From contig CBDDQX010000002.1 in the NCBI GenBank assembly GCA_965232885.1, forward strand, positions 13,993-77,992: a stretch of DNA of 64,000 nucleotides. The letters run 5' to 3'. Shown here piece after piece: positions 47,878-58,447 of this stretch (within the stretch, counting starts at the first letter, position 1; every line of letters starts with the position of its first letter). The notes beneath the pieces were generated by a model. The model was given only the letters and a program-made list of their open reading frames with translations, was not told the DNA's origin and did not search any database. The stretch comes from Dehalococcoidia bacterium (GTDB taxonomy: Bacteria > Chloroflexota > Dehalococcoidia > Lucifugimonadales > UBA3495). The position numbers were made by a program, and so were the translations under genes.

Positions 47878-50586
47878 TCAAGGCAGGTAGACATAGTACT
47901 TGGAATCAGCCCAGTCGGCCTCCAGATTTCGGAAAAGTACGTAATCCAGTACACCAGTCCAACCCTCCCGGCTGGAGACCGTATCGGTGAAGAAGCGGAA
48001 ATCCTCGGCTAATTGAGAGAGAATAGGGTCATCAAGGCGGCCTCTATCGCCAACAATCTCATCGGGGCGGCGATATGTTTCGGGAAACCAGAGAAGGTCG
48101 ATGAAAGTGCCTTGGCGACGGTAGGTCTCGCGCACTGCCTCATCGTCGCCGATGTGGGAGTCCTCGACCAGCAAGGCGGCAGGGTTTCCGAAGTTGTAGT
48201 TGCCATCTTCATTGCGGCTGCCTTCGAGGGTGATGCAACTGGCATCCTCTTCGGCAGTGGCCCTGAAGCACTGATGAACCATGCGTCCGTCGCGGGTGTG
48301 ATGGCGGATGTACCACTGGAAGGGATACCACATATCGTAATCAACCTTCACCGATTCTACGTCTGCTGACAGTGGATAGACTTCTTCTTCCAGCAGGCGA
48401 TAGGTTTCCTGCAAGTCCGCCGACCCTTGCGCGTACACCATGAGCTCCACGTTGGAGTCGTCGTAGGTGTAGGCGGCCCGGAAGGCACCCCACGCTCCGA
48501 AGGCCAATAGCAGGGCGGCGAGGCCAAGGCCCACGGCCGGGGCCGCCTTGCCCGGGCCTGCCCTGCGGTATACATAGGCTGCGACCAGGGCACCCGCAAC
48601 GATGGATGCCAGCAGCAGCCAGTGGGCTGCGCCAAAGGGCCTTTCCGGGTCAATGTACTGCAGGAGCAGATAGACCCCCGCCGCCACGATGAACGGCGCC
48701 ATGCCCAGCAGGGCCAACACCATCAGCTCGCCGCCGCGACGGAGGATGCCCGGCCAGTCCACCCGGTCGGCCACTCTTCCCAGGAACATCGCGGCAACCA
48801 GTATGAAGGGCGTGGTGATGTTGACCAGCAGCCACGGCATCTTTTCGGATGCAATGGTGTAGGCCGCCAGGGATAGAACCGCCCACATCGCCAGCGTCAA
48901 GCCAAGCAAGTCCAGCCGGCGGCAAAAGTAGACTATTCCGGCGACGCCGAACACGAAGGGAAGCAACTCGTAGACCGATAGGCCGACGAAGTAGTAATAC
49001 CAGGGCTGGTTGCCGCGGGCTACGTCCTGCTGGGCTATCCAGTAGCCCAGGCCCTGCCAGGAGCCGGTGAAGATGCCGGCGAGGTTGGTGAACAGGGTGG
49101 TGTATAGCGCCGCCCAGATTGCGTAGAAGATAGCGGCGCAAATCAACCAAACGCGGCCGAGCCACCAGATTCCCATAACAGCGGACACCCCCAGGGTGCC
49201 GAGCAGCATAATCAAAGCGACTACGTAGTTCGTGGGCACCCCGGAATGGCCGGTCGCAATAGAGGAGCTTCCAGGCAGAACGGAATTTACGACCCCCTGG
49301 ACGTCCAATACCCCAGTAAACAGCACGGAATACAGAACTGCCAGAGCCGCCGGAACGACTACCAGCAGGGCGACACGTCCCACCGAAAAGCGGCTCCACA
49401 AGGAGAATCCCACTGCAGCCAGAATCGCCAGCAGGAACACTGCCCAGTCCGCGACTTGCAGCGCGAGGTTAGCGGATTCAAGACTGGAATAGGGCCGAAA
49501 CATAACCCAACTGAAGGCAAAGACAGACATAAGCGGCACGGCAATCAGTCCCGACACCCTCTGCGCGTTCAGAGGGCCTCGACTGAGCAGCCACACGAGG
49601 ACGGCCAGCCCGGCGACAATCGCGGCAACGTGGCCCGGCCAAGGAACGTCTGCCATGGGGAGCAGCAGCGTGCTTCCTTGCCAGGCAGGCGCGCCGGTCA
49701 GCCCCTTGCTGCCGTCGGCGTTGAGTACGCTGTTGCCGGTCTCGTGGGAAGGATTGGCCAGAGTCAGGCCGAGCAATCCCTGGAACAGGCCGATGGTGGC
49801 CGACCATTGGGGCAGGGTCAGAGTAATGAACAAGAGTAACAGGGCGGTCTGGGTGCCCTCCCGGACCAACTTGGCTCGTCCCCTAACCCAATCCCAAAGC
49901 TCAGGCAGGGCGATTACGAACAATATCAGCCCGAAGATCGCCACCAGCAGATAGGTTGTCTCCTTAGTGGCGAACATGAAAGCGAGAACGGCGGACGCCA
50001 GGTAGAGGTATATGCGGCGTCTGCTCGCTTCCCTGTCCGAGTGAATGTATCGCCACATCAGGATGAACAGAGACACGGCCCAGAACATCATGATGATGTC
50101 GTTGCGCCCGAAGCGGCTGAAGTAGAGCAGGGCCGGGGAGAGGGCCAGCATTACGGCGGCAATGAGCGCGCCGCGCCGCCCGATGTGGTCGCGCAGGAAG
50201 TAGGGCAAAGCGGCCAGCGCGGTGCCGAAAAGCGCGTAAATAAGGCGGGAAGTGAAGTCGCTGTCGCCCAGGATAGTGAATATGGCCGCCACCATCTCTA
50301 TCTGGAACGGGCCGTGCATCCAGGCGGAATGAAGGTAATCCGTGCCGAAAATCCCACGGCCAGCCCAAGGCCCCGCCGGGGCTATTTGCCAGCTTGAAAC
50401 GAAAAATGCAGGTGGATTGCCTCGTCATAGTGCATCGTGCGACCGACTGAGCTCAAAGAGACGCAGGCCCAGGGCGATGACAATGACGGCAAGGAACGCT
50501 GCTTCCAGCCAGCCGCAACCGCGCAGGCCTTTCCTGAACGCTGAAGGCCGGCTCAGTGTGGAATCCGTCAGATTATCAGAGGACAT
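47878..50586 (-). CDS. TIGR03663/Agl23-like GT-C membrane protein; 5' end broken by about four single-base insertions
   Basis: Reconstructed N-terminus ...LRLFEL-GRTMHYDEAIH...HSAWMHGPFQ; SRFGRND, ATKE, EKMPWL, YAQ. Confidence 0.75.
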
Positions 50587-50613
50587 TCCTTTCCTGGTTG
50601 GAGGCTACGGATA

Positions 50614-53011
50614 CTACTCGACAGGTGGTTCCATCCACAGTTCGTAGACTATTACGCCGTCCTGTTGGAAAGCGGTTTTCAGGAAGTCTCCATATTGCGG
50701 CAAAGCCCGAAACTCCGTATGTCTGACGCTCGCGGCTGCCCAAATAAAACGTAACGCACGTCATAGTCTTCCAGCAACCGCAGGGCCGAGCCAGCGTCGG
50801 TTCCCGAATATATGGCTGCAATGTCTTCCTCCCCGGCCCGCGAAGGCTTCGTGGGAACCGCGCCACTGGATTTCGTGGCCCTTCCAGCCCAGCGGCGAAG
50901 CCCTTCCGGTGGCAGCGGAAATCCGGCCGTAGTCGGAATAGTCATCGCCCACTGCTTCCACGATTCGCCCCGGCTCCGCTTCATCCCGTAGCCACACGAT
51001 GGCAGCGTATTCGCCCGGGTCGCTCTCCCTCAGGAAGGCCAACCCGTCCAGAGTACGATGTCCATTGGTCTGTTGTTGCTGCGGTCTATGATAGCCCCGG
51101 CGGTGTAGTAGAAGGAAGCGGAGATCAGGAGGGGTAAAGACGCAAGGACGCAAAGACGCAAAGACGCAAATGCAAAGAACTTCCTTGCGTCTTTGCGTCT
51201 TTGCGTCTTTGCGTTTTAATAGGCTATACAATGCAAAAGCGGAAACGATGCCCAGCAGCAGCCATACTTGATAGTAAAACTTGAACACCGTATTCATGCG
51301 CCGCCAGGCGCCGCCGAAAGAGTCCACGATGTGGAACAGTTCGGCCCCCAAAAGCAAGTAGAACGCTAGTCCCATCAGCAGCAACGCGAAAGCGGCTGCC
51401 GGTTGGTTTCCCCGGCGAGCCAGCGCCAGTGAGCAGTATCCGGCGGCAGCGACGACCACCGCGCCAGGCCCGGCCAAAAGCAACCGGCGCCCCAGGTCGT
51501 CGAAAGCGGCTCCTGCTCCGTTGGTAGCCAAACCAAACAGGAAACCAGTGGCTACCCCAAACTCCTAGAGGAGCTATCGCCAGCAACAAGGCGATTGTCG
51601 CCGCTGGCGCGTCTGCGGCTTCCGGCCACTGCATCCTCAACAGCTTCTGGAGCAGGAATGGCCAGCGACAGCACGATGAACAACCCTAGAACAATGAACA
51701 GGAGGAACGGGCGGGTGGCAACGTCCTGCAGCGGGAGTATGCCCGAGGTCTGTCGCGCTGAACGCGCTGAGATAGAAGGGAGTGAACATCGCAAGCGAGA
51801 GGACTAATATCGGCACGAAAACCACAGCAGCGGCGCTGGCGGCCTGGAGCGGCGAACCGGGATAATCCCGCCAGCCCTTGAGAAGCAAAACCCCCTGCCA
51901 GCAAGGCCAGGAATGTCGGAAAATCCCAGAAGTTGATGAAGGCCAGCGCGCCGCCGGACAGGGCCAGAGCCGCTGCCAGAGCCGGATGCTGCCTCAGCCA
52001 CGGCCATCCCAACCGGCCGGGCGAGAAGTAGGCGTTCAACGCCACGCAGATTGCCAACAGCAGGAAGGGAATCGCCAGTACGTGGGCATGGAGGTCGCCC
52101 AATACGAAACTGAAGACAGGAAACTCGGTGATAGTGTAGTCCAGACTGGATCCATCCGCTGCAAGGGTGTCAATAACCCTGCTGCTTCGGAACCACCACC
52201 AGAAATCTTCCGGGAATACTCCGCCCGTTGCGGCAGTGGCGTTCAGTCCCTTAATTGCTACCCATTCCCAGAATCCTTCGCCAGCCCAACCCCTAAGCCG
52301 GACAAATTCCAGCGCCCCCATCAGGTTCCCTGCCAGCAGCACCAGAGCCGGAGCTGCGACGCCTGTGGCCACGGCCCACCGGAAACTTCCCCCGGCCAAG
52401 CGGACCAGATTGAAGAGCAATCCGAGCACGACCGCCCCGGCCAGCGCCGGTATGGTTGCGATACCCAGGTTGTAGGCCGTGGATGATACCACTCCGCTGA
52501 GGCTGGTCAGGAACGCAACTATGATGTGGCCAAAGTAGTAATAGCTGATGGAATGGCCGGAAAGCCAGAGGTCCTCTGCCGGGAAGTATCGCGTCTGGTG
52601 CGCTGCGTTCAGCAGCATGAAGTCCATCGGCTTTTCAGTGTGGCTGATGGCCGGAGACCCGGAAACAACAAAGCTCCAAAGAGCGAACAGGCTAACGAAA
52701 ACTAACTCGGCAGCCAGCAGGACAGGCCAGTGGCTCCGCAGAAACTCGGTCAGTTCTCCCCAGCGTCGGCGAATCAGCCACACCGAGCCGCAGAGGGCGA
52801 TTGTGAATATGGCCCATATGGTGAGTTGGGTATTGGGCCAGATATGGGCCAGGCTCAAGACCCATAGAGCGTAGGAGAACAGTAGCAGAGCGGCGGGCTT
52901 GGCCAGCGTAAGGCCGCGGTCAGGAAGGGAAGGGAACAGGACGAAGGCCCATGGCAACGCGACGACAGACGTCAGTTCCAGCAACAGGAACCATATCAGG
53001 GCGTCCTGCAT
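50614..53011 (-). pseudogene. DUF2298 (YYY membrane protein) gene with several frameshifts in its 3' half
   Basis: TEKPMDF, SISYYYFG, ITEFP..SFVLGDLHAH, NFWDFP. Later fragments RMNTVFKFYYQVW, TLDGLAFL, EAVGDDY, LGWKGHEIQWRG lie in shifting frames. Confidence 0.75.
51136..51215. repeat. Inverted array of 8-nt units (AAAGACGC)n / (GCGTCTTT)n inside the DUF2298 gene
   Basis: Directly visible; a related short copy gacgcaaaggcgcaaag lies at about 63281. Confidence 0.85.
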
Positions 53012-53054
53012 CGGTCACCCGGAGAAATACGGAAACGGGGTTGAAATCAACCGG

Positions 53055-54044
53055 TTATGACACCGGCTCAAGGAGGGCGTCCACGAAGTCATCGGCGTCG
53101 AAGGGAGCCATATCACCCATCCCTTCGCCGGTTCCGATGAAGAGTATGGGCACTTCCAGTTCCTGCTTGATGGCGAGAACTATTCCGCCCCTTGCCGTGC
53201 CGTCCAGCTTGGCCAGGAAGATGCCGGTGCAGTTCACCGCTTCCCTGAAAGACTTAGCCTGAGCCAGGCCGTTGTGCCCGGTAGTGGCGTCCAGGGTCAG
53301 GATTACTTCGTGAGGGGCCGTAGGGTCCTGTCTCTTCAGCACGCGATGAATCTTCCGCAGCTCTTCCATCAGGTTGGACTTGGTATGCAGCCGTCCGGCA
53401 GTATCGAAAATCAGGATGTCTGCGCCCCGCGACTTGCTGGCCTGGTAAGCATCGTAGGCCACCGCTCCCGGGTCGGCGCCCGCCGTATGCTTTATGACGT
53501 CCACGCCCACCCTTTGGCCAAGGATATCCAACTGTTCGGCGGCGGCGGCGCGAAACGTGTCTCCGGCCCCCAGAATCACCTTGCGCCCGGACTGCGCGAA
53601 ATGATGCGCCAGCTTCCCGATGCTGGTGGTCTTGCCAACGCCGTTGACGCCCACCATCAGGATTACGTAGGGCTTGGCCGAGCCGTCTGTCCCACTTTCG
53701 ACAGGCTCATTATGAGCGGACGACTGATTGGCGCCGGGGGCGAGGTCTTCGGTCAATGCCTGTTTGAGAGCTTCGGTGACGGCTTCCGGGGAATCTAGGC
53801 GTTCCTGCCTGACCTGTTGCTTGAGCCGCTCAATGATTCTGAGAGAAGTATCCACGCCGACATCGGAGGAAATCAGGATTTCCTCAATCTCATCCCATAC
53901 CGAATCGTCCAGCCGGGAGGACCGCAGCAGCCCGGCGATACGCCCGAACCATCGTTCCCGGCTGGGCTTCACAGCCTGTTCTGTGGCCTTCTTCTCTTCC
54001 TGTCGGTTGCGCCGGAACAGTCGCAGCATCGTTCGCTTATCCAT
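53055..54044 (-). CDS. ftsY: Signal recognition particle receptor FtsY
   Basis: [30 protein letters not shown]. Confidence 0.97.
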   Translation of the reverse strand: MDKRTMLRLFRRNRQEEKKATEQAVKPSRERWFGRIAGLLRSSRLDDSVWDEIEEILISSDVGVDTSLRIIERLKQQVRQERLDSPEAVTEALKQALTEDLAPGANQSSAHNEPVESGTDGSAKPYVILMVGVNGVGKTTSIGKLAHHFAQSGRKVILGAGDTFRAAAAEQLDILGQRVGVDVIKHTAGADPGAVAYDAYQASKSRGADILIFDTAGRLHTKSNLMEELRKIHRVLKRQDPTAPHEVILTLDATTGHNGLAQAKSFREAVNCTGIFLAKLDGTARGGIVLAIKQELEVPILFIGTGEGMGDMAPFDADDFVDALLEPVS

Positions 54045-54174
54045 GCTCCGCGTGGCCGCGCTTCCATCCGGTCAGCTCGGCCAGGGCCGGAAAATTAGGG
54101 TTCCGCAGTGTTGTATCCGGGTGTTATGCCCAAAGATGTCCCAGCACAGCAGTGGTCTATTCGGTCTGAGCCGG

Positions 54175-54903
54175 TCATCCCTCGTGATTCAGGGTGGTCA
54201 GGGCCGCTATGGCAGCCTCGGCGGCGGCGCGCTCCGCCTCCGACTTCTTGCCGCCCTGACCCTGGCCGACTACCTCTCCGCAGACCAGGGCTTCGATGGT
54301 GAATACGGGGCTATGGTCCGGGCCTTCTCGGTGCGCCAAGCGGTAGGTTGGCGCTGGCTTACCCTGACCTTGCAGGTGCTCCTGCAATCGAGACTTGGGG
54401 TTTTCCGGCGGCGCAGAGCGGAGAGACATGGAGGCCAGTTCGTCAATCATATTCACAGCGATGAACTGGCGGGCGGCTTCCATTCCCTGGTCGAGGTAGA
54501 CGGCAGCAATCACTGCCTCTACCGCGGCGGCCAACACCGAATCCTGGTCGCGTCCTCCAGAGGCTTCGACCCCTCGTCCGACCAGCAACCGCTCACCCAG
54601 CTTCCAACGCCGGGCCACCCGGGCCAGCGCTTCGCCCCGCACCAGCCATGAGCGGGCCTTGGTCAGTTGCCCTTCGTCGGCATCCGGGAACTGGCGGTAC
54701 AGGTGCGCGGATACCGTCAGTTCCAGCACTGCGTCTCCCAGGAACTCCAAGCGCTCGTAGGATTCGGTAGCGTCGAGTCCGTGCTCATTGCAGTAGGAGC
54801 GATGCACCAGAGCGCGACGGAAAAGGCTGGGGTCCCGGAACCGGAACCCCAGCAACGATGCCGGATCAGAGTCGTGGCTGTCTGCGGTCTTAAACGACCC
54901 CAT
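54175..54903 (-). CDS. rnc: Ribonuclease III
   Basis: ERLEFLGDAVL, NPKSRLQE, dsRBD GPDH..KKSEAE. Confidence 0.97.
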   Translation of the reverse strand: MGSFKTADSHDSDPASLLGFRFRDPSLFRRALVHRSYCNEHGLDATESYERLEFLGDAVLELTVSAHLYRQFPDADEGQLTKARSWLVRGEALARVARRWKLGERLLVGRGVEASGGRDQDSVLAAAVEAVIAAVYLDQGMEAARQFIAVNMIDELASMSLRSAPPENPKSRLQEHLQGQGKPAPTYRLAHREGPDHSPVFTIEALVCGEVVGQGQGGKKSEAERAAAEAAIAALTTLNHEG

Positions 54904-55516
54904 GAGGCCACGGCGGCTGTGGGCGCTTGAACTCGCCCACGTGGACGAATTCGCTCATGGACTTCATCAGGTTGTCGTAGATTTCCACGGATTGTTCATC
55001 GGGCGGGATGAACATCTTCAGGAAGGCGAAGTTGCCGTTGTCGAAGACAAAGGTGGGTACGCCGAAAGCGCCGTACTCATCCACTGCCTTGGTGTGACTC
55101 TCCGCCAGCTCTTCCAGCAGACTGGGGTCGGCGATGTCCTCACGGAAGCGGGCCATGTCTATGCCAGCGGAGGCGCCGGCAGCGTCAATGACCGCTTGGT
55201 CGTTGAGGTCGGCCTTGTCCTCATGGCGAGCCTTCAGCAGGGCCATGAAGTATGCCTCGAAGGCCTCCCTGCCCTGCCTCTTGACAGCCAGGCCAGCCTT
55301 GTGGGCCAGCAGAATGGGATCTTCGCCGCTGATGACGTCGGGCCTCTCCCAGACGTTGTCTCCGTCCTTGTTGTTGACCTGGGACAGGGAGAAAGGTTGC
55401 CAGTCAATCTCAATGGCCTGTCCGGTCTGTTCCCGAACCTTTGCCAACCACATGTTGGCATTGTAGACAAAGGGTCAACGGAAGTCGTAGTAAGTTGTGA
55501 ACTCAGCCTCGGCCAT
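54890..55516 (-). CDS. DsbA/2-hydroxychromene-carboxylate-isomerase-like selenoprotein (208 aa, Sec at codon 14)
   Basis: ATG 55516 after AGGAGG: MAEAEFTTYYDFR-U-PFVYNANMWL...WQPFSL...GAFGVPTF. TGA at 55475-55477; SECIS-like hairpin follows. Confidence 0.88.
55442..55460 (-). promoter_or_regulatory. Candidate bacterial SECIS hairpin
   Basis: UGCCAAC-AUGUG-GUUGGCA perfect 7-bp stem starting 14 nt after the UGA; possible lower CCUU/AAGG stem. Confidence 0.65.
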
Positions 55517-55582
55517 GTTATGCCTCCTGCCGATTTTGGCGGCCATGCTCGTTAAACTAGCGGGCAGGCCACCCTGTTCCGA

Positions 55583-55611
55583 ATTGTAGCTATGCGTCAA
55601 GGGGTTGTCAA
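55583..55611 (-). promoter_or_regulatory. Sigma70-type promoter of the DsbA-like/rnc/ftsY operon
   Basis: TTGACA-17 nt-TACAAT. Confidence 0.8.
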
Positions 55612-55757
55612 AACAATGTCTGGCTGACGGCGGCTTCGCATCGTTCCGGCTTCGTTCATTAGTCTTTGCCAGTTCAGTCGTGGCTAGGGGGATCGGGGGC
55701 TGTGCTATAATTCCTTTCCCCATAACGTTTCTTTGCGCCGCATTCTGGAGGCCCTTT

Positions 55758-57056
55758 ACGGCAGCTTTCTCCCCATCCTCACTCAGCGCCGACTCCTTTG
55801 CCGCTTACCTGGACGAAGGACAGAAGCGGGTGTTTGAAGGCGTTTGCCAACTGACCCTGGAAACAGGGTATCAGGTCTATCTCGTTGGGGGACCTGTGCG
55901 GGATGCGTTGCTGGGAGCGCCGGTGCTGGACTTGGATTTTGCCGTGGAGGGCGATGCTCCGTCCTTCGCCCGCAAGTTGTCGGATAGCTTGAAAGGGCAG
56001 GTCACTATCCACAAACAGTTCGGTACTGCGACGGTCTCGGCCCACGGCATTCGGACGGACTTGGTGACCGCACGGCGGGAGTGCTATCCCAACCCGGGGC
56101 AACTGCCGCTGGTGTCACCAGGCAGCATTAGCGACGACTTGGCCCGCCGCGATTTTTCCATCAATGCGATGGGCCTCCCTTTGCAGTCGCGGGGCGGAGC
56201 CTTGCTCGACCCGTTGGGTGGCCTTGATGACCTGAAGGCCGGAGTGGTCCGAACCCTGCACCGGAGCAGTTTCATTGACGACCCGACCCGGATGATGCGC
56301 ACGGTTCGCTATGAACAGCGATTCGGCTTCACCATCCACAAGGATACGCTAGACGAAATATCCGAAGCTGTCGCCGCCGGACACTTGGACGCGGTGAGCG
56401 GCGACCGTTGTCGGCACGAACTGGAGCGAATCCTGGGTGAGGCAAATCCCATGGCTCCTCTTCTGCGAGCAATAGAACTGGGATTGATGAGAGGGCTGCA
56501 CCCGTCCTTCACGAAACTCAGCACAATTAACGACACCGGGCTGAGTCGGATTGCAGCCTTGACAGATTCCCGGGACGAAATCAGGCCGGATATTTATTTT
56601 GCGGCGCTATTCAGTCCGCTGGACAGCTCAGAGGCGGAAAGCGTAATCCGTCGGCTTCGCTTGACGGGGCGGCAGGCCGCGCTTGCGCGTGATACCATTG
56701 GATTGAGGGAATCTGAAGCTCAGATTCGCGCTGCCGTCGACCGGCCTTCGGAGTTGGTGCGGGCGCTCGCCGGAGTTGAACCGGCCGCTGTCTCGGCTTG
56801 GGCCGAACTCAGTGCCGACGAGCCGGTCTCCGATGCCCTGCGCCACTATGCCTCCGATTTGCGGTTTGTGAAGCCGGAATTGTCTGGCAATGCGCTGCTG
56901 CGAATGGGGGCGACCGAGGGGCCGGAGGTCGGGAAAGTGCTTTCCAGGTTGCGCGACGCCCGTCTGGATGGAACGGTGAGGAGCATAGAAGAAGAAATGT
57001 CCTTGGCGCGGAACTTGCTGGCCTGCTCCAAGGCGAGCTTTCCGCATCACTCTTGA
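55758..57056 (+). CDS. CCA/A-adding tRNA nucleotidyltransferase (class II); start uncertain
   Basis: YLVGGPVRD, DLDF, FGTA, TARRE, DLARRDFSINAM, SFIDDPTR. Confidence 0.88.
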   Translation, partial: TAAFSPSSLSADSFAAYLDEGQKRVFEGVCQLTLETGYQVYLVGGPVRDALLGAPVLDLDFAVEGDAPSFARKLSDSLKGQVTIHKQFGTATVSAHGIRTDLVTARRECYPNPGQLPLVSPGSISDDLARRDFSINAMGLPLQSRGGALLDPLGGLDDLKAGVVRTLHRSSFIDDPTRMMRTVRYEQRFGFTIHKDTLDEISEAVAAGHLDAVSGDRCRHELERILGEANPMAPLLRAIELGLMRGLHPSFTKLSTINDTGLSRIAALTDSRDEIRPDIYFAALFSPLDSSEAESVIRRLRLTGRQAALARDTIGLRESEAQIRAAVDRPSELVRALAGVEPAAVSAWAELSADEPVSDALRHYASDLRFVKPELSGNALLRMGATEGPEVGKVLSRLRDARLDGTVRSIEEEMSLARNLLACSKASFPHHS

Positions 57057-57072
57057 TGACCTGGTAGAGGCG

Positions 57073-57312
57073 ATGGCAGAACAACCTCAAGATCCGACAA
57101 ATGACGGGCAAGGTGAACTGGAGTCCTGCGTTATATGCGGAGAAGCGCTGGACGGCTTCAACGAAACATCTTGTCAGATGTGCGGCGGCAAGTTTCACCA
57201 ACCCTGGAGCCAGGACTCCGAGTCACCGCAATGCGGGCGCATCGGGAGTCATGAAGACGCATTGGCAATCGTATTCCTTTGTGACGACTGCTTCTATGGC
57301 CGCCGGCCATAA
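57073..57312 (+). CDS. Small Cys/His-rich putative zinc-finger protein
   Basis: GAGG SD; CVIC...CQMCGGKFH...C...CDDC. Confidence 0.65.
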   Translation: MAEQPQDPTNDGQGELESCVICGEALDGFNETSCQMCGGKFHQPWSQDSESPQCGRIGSHEDALAIVFLCDDCFYGRRP

Positions 57313-57398
57313 AACGCTCTGCCCCCGCTTTCGCCGGGGCAGGCTCTGACCCTCTCCCTCTGGGGGAGGGAATAACTAGCGACAGGAGATAATTTTCC

Positions 57399-58436
57399 AT
57401 GCAGGCAGTGTATATCGAGGCCCACGGCGGCCCCGAAGTTCTTACCCTCGGCGAGCGCCCCGAACCTGATGCCGTTGGTGGTCATGTAAAGGTACGGGTT
57501 CGAGCCACGGCCCTTAACCGGCTCGACCTCTACACCAGGGCAGGAGACCGGGGACTGGAACGCCAGTTTCCACCGCCCTTGATCCTCGGCGGCGATTGCG
57601 CTGGCGAAGTGGCCGCCGTTGGCGCGGGCGTGTCGGGCTTGAAGGAAGGCGACCGGGTGGTAATCAATCCACGTCTCTCATGCCAGCAATGCCCCGCCTG
57701 CCTCTCGGGTCAGGATGACCTTTGCCGCCGCTCCCAGTTTCTGGGCAGCGCATTGGACGGCAGCTATGCCGAGTACCTGAGCGTTCCTGCGGCCAATGCT
57801 CACGTCATCGCTGAGGGAGTTACCTACGAACAGGCGGCGGCTATCCCCACGACATACCTGCCGGTTTGGAATATGCTGGTTCGCCGCCTGCAACTGAAGC
57901 CGTGGCAGACGGTTCTGGTGCTGTCGGCGTCGGCGGGAGTGGGCACAGCAGCGATACAGATGGCGAAGGACGTCATCGGCGCCCGGGTCATCGCCACCAC
58001 CAGCACCGCCGAGAAGGCCGACAAGGCGCGGGAGCTGGGAGCCGATGAAGTAATCAACTACACGGAAGAAGACATCCGCCAGCGAGTACGCGAAATCACG
58101 GGCGGAGCCGGGGTGGACTGCGTGGTTGACCATGTGGGAGCGGACTTCTTCGGCGCAGCGTTCGCAGCTCTACGTCCGGGTGGCCGCTACGGCATCTGCG
58201 GAGCCACTACCGGCCTTCGCGCCGAGCTGCACCTGGGTCTCCTGTTCAGCCAGCAAAAAGAGGTTTACGGCGTCTACATGGGCACCAAGGAAGATATGCG
58301 CCAGATAGTGGAAATGCTGAATCGTGGAGCCGTGCGTCCGGTGGTGGACCGGGCTTACCCGCTGTCGGAAGCCGCCGCAGCGCACCAGGCGATGGAGGCC
58401 ACCAGCTTCTTCGGCAAGCTGCTGCTGACGCAGTAG
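57399..58436 (+). CDS. Zinc-binding alcohol dehydrogenase/quinone oxidoreductase (MDR family)
   Basis: HGGPEVL, LNRLD, CQQCPACLSGQDDLC, SASAGVG, FGKLLL. Confidence 0.9.
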   Translation: MQAVYIEAHGGPEVLTLGERPEPDAVGGHVKVRVRATALNRLDLYTRAGDRGLERQFPPPLILGGDCAGEVAAVGAGVSGLKEGDRVVINPRLSCQQCPACLSGQDDLCRRSQFLGSALDGSYAEYLSVPAANAHVIAEGVTYEQAAAIPTTYLPVWNMLVRRLQLKPWQTVLVLSASAGVGTAAIQMAKDVIGARVIATTSTAEKADKARELGADEVINYTEEDIRQRVREITGGAGVDCVVDHVGADFFGAAFAALRPGGRYGICGATTGLRAELHLGLLFSQQKEVYGVYMGTKEDMRQIVEMLNRGAVRPVVDRAYPLSEAAAAHQAMEATSFFGKLLLTQ

Positions 58437-58447
58437 TAAGGGTTTTT

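Noticed and set aside
51136-51215. Possible CRISPR array
   Set aside because: 8-nt tandem units with no spacers, and no cas genes in the window.
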